Shown here: piece after piece, positions 35,901 to 47,900 of the stretch
How positions within the stretch are numbered: position 1 is the stretch's first letter
Layout: each line of letters opens with the position of its first letter
Source: Eledone cirrhosa
Taxonomy: Eukaryota
Length of the DNA: 64,000 bases
NCBI GenBank assembly: GCA_964016885.1
Contig: OZ024747.1
Coordinates: forward strand, 62,001 to 126,000
Reading direction: 5' to 3'
Program-made: the position numbers and the translations under genes
Notes under the pieces: generated by a model
The model's database searches: none
Seen by the model: only the letters and a program-made list of their open reading frames with translations
What the model was told of the DNA's origin: nothing

Positions 35901-38900
35901 TAAGTGAGATACAGAATGAATGGTTCAAAAGTATGTTCACATCCCCATTGAGGCACATGCAAATAACAATGCCAGAAGATTTCTTTGATGCCACAACACT
36001 CCATGAAGAAATGGCGACCATCAACCACATAGATATAACGGAGGAAGATGTGATATCCGCCACAGACGAAATTAGAACAAACTCAGCTGCTGGACCTGAT
36101 TGATTCCCAGCAGTCCCAAAAACATGTAAGTGTGCCTTAGCAATACCACTGAAGATTCTCTTCAGAAGTTTTCTTTGTCTAACAGTAAACTACCAAGAGA
36201 GCTAAAAGAAGGCACAATATGGCCTATCCATAAAGGAGGAAGTAGGATGGAGGCCAAAAACTACAAGCCAGTCTTTCTGATATCACATCAGTAAGGTCAT
36301 GGAACGAATCATCAGAAAGAAACTAATCCCATTCCTCAAGGAAAATGACCGCCTGACTAGCATGCAGCATGGCTTTCGCCCAGGAAGAAGCTGCCTTACA
36401 AAGCTGTTACAACACTATGACTGGGTACTGAAACAACTGCTGGACAGCTCACATGCGGACGTGATATATCTTGACTTTGTGAAGGCCTTTGACAAGGTCG
36501 ACCACGGAATGATAGGTCACAAACTACACAAACTCCCATAACTGGAAAAGTAGGTGAGTGGCTGCATGATTTCTTAAAAGACAAGCCAGACAATTGCCCT
36601 CTCAAAGGAAGCATCAATAATAAGTGGAGTGCCCCAGGGCAGTCTTGGGACCACTACTGTTTTTGGTGGCTCTCTCAGACATGCCCTCTGTAGTACATAT
36701 AATATCCCTCACTCGCTATGCTGATGACACAAAGATAGCACAAGCAATCAAAAACCCAACTGATGCTGCCCTTTTACAACAAGATCTGGATGCCATATAC
36801 AAATGGGCTGAGGACAACAACATGCAGCTTAATGCTGGAAAATTTCAAGCCCTGCAATACCAACCTGCTAACACAAAGACAGTACAACACAGCTACACTG
36901 AACCAGGAGGGATCGAAATCCCTGTGTCAAAATCAATACGAGACCTAGGGATAGACTTGAGCGAAGATGCATCTTTTTCTTCACACATCATGAAGGTGGC
37001 GACAATGTGCAGACGACTCGCTGGCTGGATCTTGAGGACTTTCTGGACAAGAGAGCAAGAGACCATGTCTATACAATGGAGGACATTTGTTCTAAGCCAA
37101 CTGGAATACTATTCCCAACTGATATGAGCATGGACAAGGTGGGAGAATGCTCTCTGGGTTGCCCCGGGGTCTCAGTGGATAGAATGGAGAAAGCACTGCC
37201 CCTAAGTATAGTGCGGGATGTTCCTTTTGTATAGCCTTTCCAACTCGTAGGGCTCATTTCTGTGGGAGGTCAACTTTGACTTGATAGCAGTGAATGCCAG
37301 AAATCCCCACCGCTACATGTTCAACGATGACAGTTATGTGTGTGTGTGCTTTTATATATAGTGCTAAGAAAGGAAAAAAAGTGCTCTATGTAATGTACAG
37401 AGCCAAAATATGTTATATAAATAAGATCTGAACATAAATGTAAGCTACCTATGGTTTCAAACTACAACTAGCTTAGGACATAGACATTCTATATCTGCCA
37501 GTTTAGTTATTTTTAGTCAAAAATATATATAATATATATAAGTTGCTGGTGGTCATTTCCATTAATGATAATCCTTGTCTAATAATCTGTGACCAATTTA
37601 AGAATCACCTCTCTTATCGCTTATTGACAATTGCAAATGTAAATAAATCTCTCAATTCTTGCAGTCAAGATGTTGCATATTATGATGGAGTTGATGAAAC
37701 AATCCTCTGTGCTGCTTTGGTTTCACCTAAACCAGGTGAGCTTACATTATTAATATTCTCCCTTTTCATTGTCATCACCATTGTTTTATTTACCTTCTTG
37801 CTTTTACAAGCTTTCGTCTTAGCAATATTTGAAATTAAATACATTGTGTTTTAGTTAATTTATTTTATTTAGATAATTAACAAGTTCAAGGGATTTTGTA
37901 ATGCAACTAACTTTTCCATTATTAATCTGGTGATTGGGGGAGGTTCTTACTCTTGGGTCCCAAATAATGGGGGTAGGGTGGAATAAGCAGGGTTTAGAAA
38001 ATTGGTAATCTTTCTAGGTTGTTGATGTTGATTTTTTTTTAAAAACCAGAATTAGTCATTTAGTTTACATATTGAGACCCAACCCATTCTATTTATTTTA
38101 TAACATGGGTTTTCTAGTAATGTATATTTTTTGTCATGTATAATGTTTTTAATGTCTAAAGAAAATTATCAAAGGAATGCTATCACTTAAAATTTCACCA
38201 GATAGATTAGCAAAATTTAATAAGTGTGTGTGGTGGGAACGATTATTTGAGACCCGAGAATACATAAAATGATGATGGGAGGTAATTTAGATAGGATCAC
38301 TTTAAAATGGGTAGTTTTGTTGTCTAGGGACAGAGGTATTCTCAAGTGGGTTGGTGTACAAGGGGGGAAACTTCATCTTCTCTACTTTTTTTTTCATGTA
38401 GAGTAACACCTGGTCAAACAGCTTTGTTGTGTAAGCTGGGTCTCAATATTGGGACCAAGACCAAGCCATGCTTGTTTCTTAACAACAATGGGACCAAGAA
38501 CATGCCATGGTTGTTACTTTACAATTTTGGCAGGGGTTCTAGAATTGAGTGCCATTCATAACACCAATCACTTTATATAGAACTAGCAGTGGTACCCGGC
38601 GTTGCACGGGATAAGGTATTTTGGAGCACAGTCCGCCAACAGACCCAATCGTGGAAAAACTGCATGCCTAGACGATATGTAAAGGAAATAAACCGAATAC
38701 TCTGATGGCTGGATAATCTGTAAGATGTTCCTCGATGAAGCAGGAAAAATGCATGTTTTCACTTAATGCAGGTCCTAAGGGATCAAGAAAATAAATTTTT
38801 TTTATGTGCATAATATGCCTTGAAATTTTGGGAAAATCGGCTAGACGTAACGCCTCCAAAAAAGTCTAAAAAGCTGAAAAATGAAGTTTTTCACCTAATG

Positions 38901-41900
38901 CAAGCCCTAGGCCATAAAAAAGTTGGATTTTCTTTGCTCACGGTATGAAGAAGAGACTGACTAATACATAGTTACAATTTCAAGGAAATCGGTCTGACGT
39001 AATGCATCAAAAAACCCCTAAAAATGTTAAACAATGCAGTTTTTTACCTAATTTTATCTAGGAGATAAAAAAAGTGGAATTTTTTTATGTGCATAACACT
39101 CCCTGAAACATAAGTAATACACATGTAAAGTTTGAAAAAAAATCGGTTGGGTACTTCTCGAGTTTTAGGGATTCAAACTCACACACACACAGACATCCTC
39201 AGGGAAGTGATATAATGCAGACAGCCAGACATACAGACAGATATTATAAGGGCGCAATGTTATATGTATGTATCTATCTAAAAAGAGAAAGACTAAGAAT
39301 TATAGAGAGAGATTGCTAAATCGCCTAATGCGGTCCCTAGGGCATTGAAAATTTGAAATTTTTTTTGCTCAGAACACTCCCTGAAACATAAGTATTACAT
39401 GTGTAAAGTTTTAAAACAGTCGGTTGCGTGCTTCTCTAGTTTTAGGGATTCAAACTCACACAAACACAGACAGACATCCTTAGTTTTATATATATAGATA
39501 TAGGGTCTAATTTATTCTGACACACAACCACTAGAGAGGCTGTCATGTCCTTGGCAAGATTAAAAAGTCTTCTCTACTCTATGGTGTCTTTGTTCAATTG
39601 ACTATTTTACAGAGTGCATTTTAGTAATTGCTTTGCCTCTACATGGCAAGAAGTGTCTCCTTTATTCTATGTCTTTGCCTTTCTTTCAAGTGGTCAAACG
39701 TTTAGATTTAAGGAAGTGATGACCAACACGTTAAATCATCATCATCATCATCATTTAACGTTCAATGCGTGTTTGGGTTAGATGGGTTATCACATACTGA
39801 GGTTAGACTGGTCAAGTGACCACATCTTGCTCCATTTTTGGCTTGGTTTTTATGGCTGGACACCGTTTATAAGGTTGACCACTTTTCAGCATATACTGGG
39901 AACATTTTATAGTTCCACTGACACCACCACCACCTTACAGGGTCAACTGAAAGAATGTGAAAGGGACAAAGTAATAGCATGGTAAAGTAAGGAAAGGCTA
40001 ATAATTGCTACATGTTTGTGGTTTTTCATTGGTGTTACTGTCTCTTCTCATTATAGATGTGTTTCAGTCAAGTATTAAGTACATCCTAGTTTTGGCTACA
40101 ACAGTGGAAATTGTCCTTCTTGGAGTTCGCTTCACAGAATCTCCCCCAGGTTCAGTATTTCTTACTTCACATTTTACTTTTCTTCTTTTTTTTTTTAAAG
40201 TTTTATATATTGCATTTTTTTTCCTTTTTTCTTTATTGCTTTGTCTGTTTCATTTCTGGAAAGTTACCATTTAAATTTAAGCCAAGGTCACAGTTAAATA
40301 CTTTTGGCACCAAATGCTTATGCAAAATCTTTGGCATCAGGTGGGATGACTTTATCACCAACAAATTTTTAATTTCTACTAATTGATTTTTGTCTATCTC
40401 TTATTATTTTAACTTGCAAAAAAACCCCACCTTTCTGGTGGTTTTCTGCTAGCATGTGTAGTGTGCATATTGATATTATATGCAGATATATTTGCATGTA
40501 GATATGATACATCAAAATCAAATTTGACAATATGCACAGATTTTGAAGAGAGACTTTGTTACACTCTCTTCTGTAATCAGTAAAGTAATCCATGATACAT
40601 TTAAAAAAGATGATATTATATATAAACTGCATTACGGCGAAATGTTATGAAAACGAAAAAGGAGAAAATTAGCGATGGAAATATAAATATTATATAACGA
40701 TACAAATATATGAATTTTTCTAAAAGCAATGTGATAAGTGTTATGGTATAAAAGAAGCGAACCGAAAGTGTAGACATTTAAAAATTTTAAAAGAAGTGAA
40801 ACTTAAAATAATCAATCATTGTATATAAGAATATTTATGTTTAATCAAGAGCTACGAAATTTAGCAGATAAATTACATAATATTCATTCATGATTTATTC
40901 ACAGTAATCCAAATTATTTTAATAACGTGTTCAGAAAGAATATCCCTGACACAGTCTCGCAGTCCTCCAATCATTATATATATGATTTAACCTTTTACCA
41001 TTTACATTACTCTATATTTACTATTATATTTTCACAGCAAAGGCCTTATCTCACATAGTTATCTTGCATAATATTGAATCTATGAGATTTTAATATTTAT
41101 TTTGAGAACAATACCTTAACGCTGGTATGAGCAGCCGGTTACAGCCAGTTTGAACAGAAAGAGGTGAAAGATTCTGGCTGGATATAGCTGGTTTAACCCT
41201 TTAGCATTCACATTAATTTGTCAAATGTCATGTTTATCTGTTCACATTATTTTCAGTTAATTGTACTCAAGAGGGTTATCAATTTTATTTGTTTGTAATT
41301 TTCTTAATTTTCTATGTGCAAGCTTGAAATTTTGTCAGATGTTAAAATATCAATAATTTACAATTATATATTTTTACCTGATTTTTTTTTTGTTAAATTT
41401 GACTTTTATGGGCAGGTGAAATTAATTAATAAGGGCATTTGAAGTATCAACCAGGTGCAAATACTGGTTTAATTTTAAATACCTTGTTTTCGGCATAATA
41501 CTTGATATATAAGGGTCAATAAACCTTATATCAGTGCTCCAATGATCCCACAATCTTGGAAATTGTTTTATACTGAACATAATATTTACGGTAAAAAAGG
41601 CTTGAATTTCCGCAGCATCTGTCAGTCGCCATAACAGATCAGGTTTTCCTTGATTTGAAATCTGTTGTTGGGTATATTGATTAATCTCTTCTGCCACAAC
41701 TTCGAAGAAAGTTTGTGGCAAAAAGAAAAAGAAATAATCCAGTGCTTTAGGAGGTAATGTGTGTTGTGGACCAGTATTTTGAATAAATCAGGAACATGTA
41801 TTGGTGTGGTATTTTTCAACCACATTACTGTAATATTTTCAATGGCATTCTGGAGATCTCCTTCGTTTTCACTTTCAAAACAACAATCATCGTCGGATGA

Positions 41901-44900
41901 AATTTCAGAAATGTAAACATCTGATTCATTTGAGGATAAATCACTAATATTATCTTTTGTTTCTTGTTTATTTTGAATGTCGTTGTGTGTAAAACCTTCA
42001 AAGTCGGTATCGCTACTTTCATAAACCATGTTGATACACACAAAAAAATCTGTTCTACTTTCAAAGTAAAAAAAACACGTGTTGTTTCACTATGTTAAGT
42101 GTTAATTTTCGCGGTAAGAGCCTAATCTCGTAGTAATCTCAAATTGACGAGATTTGATGACGGTATTGTTTATTTTTAGAACGATATTTTAGTGTGGGTG
42201 TTATTGGCCGGTTTAGGCTGGTTTGAACAAATGAAAGGGAAATAATTGCGGCCGGTTTGGGCCGTTTTGAACACTAAAGGGTTAAATGCTGATGGATTAA
42301 ACCATAAGATGAATTCATGTAAAAATGAGAAAACTCATCGCTAGAACAGCCGTTAAAACAGCTAAATGCCGTCGAAAACAGCAATAGGCAAAAATACCTG
42401 AGACGACAGAGAGACAATTCATTAGTTGGGTGACAAACAGATGAAATATAGAAAAGGAGGACAAGGAGAAGTGACTGGAAGAAGGAAATAAAGAAAGGCT
42501 ATGTACAAGACAAGTTCACTCACATACACACATCTTCACCCTCATAAGATGAATGTATTTTAAATACCAAAGAATAAAAGAAAATTCAATGAAATAATCC
42601 AGCCAGAATTTGAAAAAATTAGAAACTGAATATATAATTATGGTTTTTTGTATGCAGCCTTATTATATTACAAGTAATATAATGCGGTCTTTCAACAATA
42701 TTTTAGTTCATCTGAGATATTTCATCACTGAGAATATTAAATATTTACCATAAGTTATAAAACACACATATATACACACACACACACGCGTTTGTGTGTG
42801 ATTCTTTCCTTAATGTATATTAAAAATACACCGTCTGTTATCTATTCTTCCCAAGTAACACTCGTGTTGTATTAGAGTGATTGACTCATTAGAAACCTAT
42901 AACCAGCAATAATTATTCACAAAAGGCATAGTGTAATATAATGAATTATTATAAAGAATGGTGTGCTCATGCATGAAGATGCTAAAAAATAGTGAAGGCC
43001 CTTAAAAGCAGAAAAAAAAAAGTTGCCATCGGCCACTATGAGGAATCGAAGCCCACATCTCCCAGATACTGGCTAAGTGCTTTAACCATTAAACCAAGGG
43101 ACAGTGACAACTCTTGCCATCTTAAATTTAGGGAGCTGCATCACACCTTTTAAATGTAAAAAACATTGTGAATAAAAGCTTATAGCTAGTATCTGAGAGG
43201 TATGGAGTTCAATTCCTCATAGCAACCAATGACAACTTCTTTTTTTTATCTTTAACCTTTTAATGTTCAAACCGGCCAGAATTCTCTACCCTTTTCTGTT
43301 GAAACTGGCCACTCATACTGATGTTAAGGTATTGTTCTCAAAATAAATACTTTCAAAATCTCATAGATTCGATATTATGTGAGATAAATCATTTACCATG
43401 AAAATATAATAGTATATATAGAGTAATGTAAATGCTAAAGGGTTAAGGGTTTTCACCCTATTTTATAACATCTCCATGCATGAGCACACCATTCTTTATA
43501 TTAACTTACATCCGCAACACTGTAAAAGTCTGAGAGATCAACTACATATAATAAATTATTTTTGAAAGAATGTAAGAAAAATTAAATTATCTACTGTTTT
43601 GTGTTTGTAGGTGCCCCAGAGAGTTTGAGTAACTGTGAAATGCATCTGATCACTGAACCTCTCTTTAGCCTGCCATCAGATAATCTTTATGTTCTTAGTA
43701 TAGTTGGTATGAATAATGGTCGGATATTTATGGCCGGCAAAGACAGCTGCCTTTATGAATTGGCATATCAGGTAAACAGCTTTCATGTTCTTTCCAGTTG
43801 AAATTTATTGAACTGTCTTACTCATGCTAGCATGGAAAATGGATGTTGAACGATGAACCTATAGCATCCCTGAACCTTAAGTAGACTTTGTTATCGGGAT
43901 GAACAGCTTTTTTATTTATCATCATCATTATCACTGTTTAATGTCCATTTTCCCATGCTAGCATAGGTTAGATGAGTTGTCCTGTTGTGGACAAGTCAGA
44001 TCAGATGACCATGTCTTACTCATACAGAACTGATTTTGGCCTGGTTTCTATGACTGGATGCCCTTCCTAACACCAACCACATTTACATTGTGTACCGGGT
44101 GCTTTTTATCGTGGCACGAAAATAACCAACTGATAGGTTAGGTTGGACTGGGTGATTTTTTTGTTGTCATCAACACAACCACTTTACAATGGACTGGATG
44201 CTTTTTGTTGTGTCACCAACTGAACCACCTTACTGGGTGCTTTTTGTTGTTTTTGTTATTACTGTTGTTACTTTGCAGCATGTAGTTACGTCCCTTTACA
44301 GTCTGAGTTCCAATCCTGCCAAGGTTAGCTTACAGTGGTGGGTGTATGATAAAAAAAAGAATTAGTAAAGTTGATTTAATCAACTTTCCCATCTCCAAAA
44401 CATTGTTGGCCCCTGTGCCTAAATCAGAAACCATTCTTTTTTTTTTTTTTTTTTTTTACCAAATTCTTCCAAATTAAGTAACATTTAAATATAGTTTGTT
44501 CAAGATACCTGGCAGTGGGATTGAATTTGGAATCATGAAGTTGCAAAGTAAACTTAACCATACACCTACGTCTGTGATGCCTTTTCTTTTTTTCTATTGA
44601 AAGTTCATTTCTTTCTTCAGGGTCAAAAAGGTTGGTTTGGGCGACAATGCAAGAAAATAAACCATTCAACTAGTTACCTGTCTTACCTGGTACCAAGTTT
44701 TATCAATATCTCTTTGACAGAAGAAGGTGAGCTTTTTACTAACCCCCCCCCCCATCCTCATGAAAAAAAAAAAATCATGTGTATTTATTTCAGGATTGCT
44801 AGGCAATGTGTCAAGGAAAACCATGATATTGTCGGGGAGAAGTGTGTCCTTAATGATGATGGTGTACTTGCCATCACTGATGCTGATAAGAAGGTAGCTT

Positions 44901-47900
44901 GGAAGTGTCACTACGAAAGGCTACTAAATGAGGAGAATAAATGGGAGAAAGACAGTCTCCCCCACATCGATCCAATAGAGGAACCAGCAGTGCTAGTTGA
45001 AGGTAGTATAATAAGTAAGGCAATCAAAGATATGAAGACGGGTAAGGTGGCTGGGCCTTCGGAAATAGTTGCTGAAATGCTGAAAGCATCTGGAACGGTG
45101 GGTCACACTATGGTCACCCGGATAGTAAACCAAGTCATACAGAATGGGGTCATTCCGAAGGACTGGCATAGCAGCAACATCATTAACTGCTACAAGGTTA
45201 AAGGAGATGCCCTAGATAGGGGTAACTATAGAGGCATTAAATTGATCGATCAGGTCATGAAGGTCACAGAAAAAGTAATAGCGCAACTAATCAGAGAACG
45301 AATTGATCTAGATGAAATGCAGTTCGGGTTTGTGTCAGGTAAAAGTACCACAGACGCTCTTTTCATTGTACGACAACTACAGGAGAAGTATCTAGCTAAA
45401 AGTAAACCCCTATACTTAGCTTTTGTTGACTTGGAGAAAGCCTTTGACAGAGTCCCCCGCTCCATTATCTGGTGGGCTCTTAGAAAACTAGGTGTTGATG
45501 AATGGCTTGTGAGAGCTATACAAACCATGTATAAAGAAACAGTCAGCAAGGTTAGAATTAACAACGAATATAGTGAAGAGGTTAGCGTAAAAGTTGGTGT
45601 TCATCAGGGCTCCGTTCTTAGCCCCCTACTATTTATCATTGCCCTTCAGGCTATAACAGGAATTCAAGACCGGCTGCCCATGGGAACTCCTATACGCAGA
45701 TGATCTAACGCTCATAGCTGAATCAATGGCTGAACTAGAGAAGAAATTCCAAACATGGAAGCATGGCCTAGAATCAAAAGGCCTTAAAATTAACCTGTCT
45801 AAGACTAAAGTTCTAGTTTGTAGGAAGGAAAATAGGGCACCGGTCCCATCTGGGAAATAGCCATGCTCAGTGTGTAGAAAAGGAGTAAGCAGAAACTCCA
45901 TTTTATGTCCCAAATGCAAAGTATGGGTGCATAAAAGATGTAGTGGGATCACAGGTAAGCTAACTAAGAATATAGATTTTATATGTGGCCGGTGCTCTGG
46001 TGCAATAAGTAGCAGCAAGTGCCCACAGAATACTAGCTCATTCCATTGCACAGATGATTCTATAGAAATAGTGGACACCTTCCGTTACCTGGGTGACAAA
46101 ATCAGCAGTGGTGGAGGGTGCTCGGAAAGTACAGTAGCTAGAGTCAGAACGGGATGGAAAAAGTTCAGAGAGCTTATACCACTATTGGCCGCTAAAGCGT
46201 TCTCTCTAAAAATGAAAGGCAGGCTGTATGATGCCTGCATACGAACAGCAGTATTACATGGCAGTGAGACCTGGGCATTGTGTGCAGAGGATATACGCAG
46301 ACTGGAGAGGAACGAAGCTTGCATGCTTCGCTGGATGTGTAATAGTAATATACGTGAACGGCAAAGCATAAACGAACTAAGGGAGAAATTAGGAATAAGA
46401 GGGATCAGATGTTGTTTACTCGAGAGAAGACTATGTTGGTACGGTCACGTGATGCGCATGAAAGACGACAGCTGTATAAAAAAGTGCAGGGCGATAAAAA
46501 TAGATGGTAGCCACGGAGTAGGCAGACCCAGTAAAACCTGGGACGACTTGATAAATTACGACCTCACACACTTACACCTCTCCAAGACAATGTCGCTGGA
46601 CCGAGATCTTTGGCACTACACAGTAATACAGAAGACCCGCCTTGCCTAAGTACATAGCGAAACCTACAGTCAGTAGGCACCTCTAACAAAATACACCCCC
46701 GTCCCACTACCCCCACCCCATCCACACCACCCCATTCAATGTAAAGTTATGTTGGTACCACAACATCCAGTCCGAAATAAATGAGGTCGTGTAGGTGTCA
46801 CAACAAAAAAAACACACAGTCCACGCTGTAATGTGGCCGTGTAGGTAACACGGTAAAAACCTCCCAGTCCACACTGTAAACGTGGTTGGTGTTAAGAAGG
46901 GCATCCAGCCGTAGAAAACCCGCCAGACAGTCCTATACGAGCAAGACAACCAATCTTGCCTCAAGTGGGAAAATTCCCGTCCAAACCCATGCCAGCGTGA
47001 AAGATGAACATTAAACGATGATGATGATGATTATTTCTTTGTGTTTTTCTCTTTATTATTTCTGTAACTGAAGATAGTAAATCAGTAGAGTGTCTGGCAA
47101 AATGCTTTTTAGGCATTTAGTTATGAATAATTACAATCTGAATTCAAATCTCACTAGGGTTACGCGTTGTCATTCATCTTTCCAGGGTTGATACCCCCCC
47201 AGTTAAGTACAATATATGCTAGCATGGAAGATAGACGTTAAACGATGATGATGATGATAACCAACTTTTCCTTCTCTCAATTTTCTGGCCTTGTGACTGA
47301 ATTTCTATTTCAATTAATGAAGAATTTTTAGAGATTTACTAATATTATTTTGTTACTATGACAGTAATTTAACATATGGTTCTTATATATAAAAATATAT
47401 ATTTGAAAATTTAAATTTAAATATGAACCCTTTAAAATGGGTGGTTTTGTTGCAGAGCTAGTTTTGGCTGAGTTGATATCAAAAGGGTTAAGAGATGCAT
47501 AAGTGATAAAGAATTTTAAACTCCTGACATTCGTGATCATCATCATCGCTTAATGTCCATCTTCCACGCTAGCATGGGTTAGACGGAAGTTGTCCCACTT
47601 GAGGTAAGGTTGTTCGGGTGACCGTGTGTCGCTTGTATAGGACTATCTGGCAAGTTTTCTACGGCTGGATGCCCTTCCTAACTCCAACCAAATTTACAGT
47701 GTGGACTGGGAACTTTTTACCATGTTACCTACACGGCCACATTACAGCGTCGACTGTGTTTTTTTTGTCGTGACAACTACATGATCTCGATCTCATTATC
47801 TCATTTATTTGGACTGGATGTTGTGGTACCAACTTTACAGAGAGAGGGTGGTGTTGGTGGGAGTGGGAGGATGGAGTAGGGGTAGTGGGATGGGGTGTAT

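Noticed and set aside
44727-44793. Cryptic 67-nt intron (acceptor tttcAG at 44793) splicing exon 7 onto the LINE
   Set aside because: The join is out of frame with RT and stops after about 34 codons, so it does not give an RT fusion.
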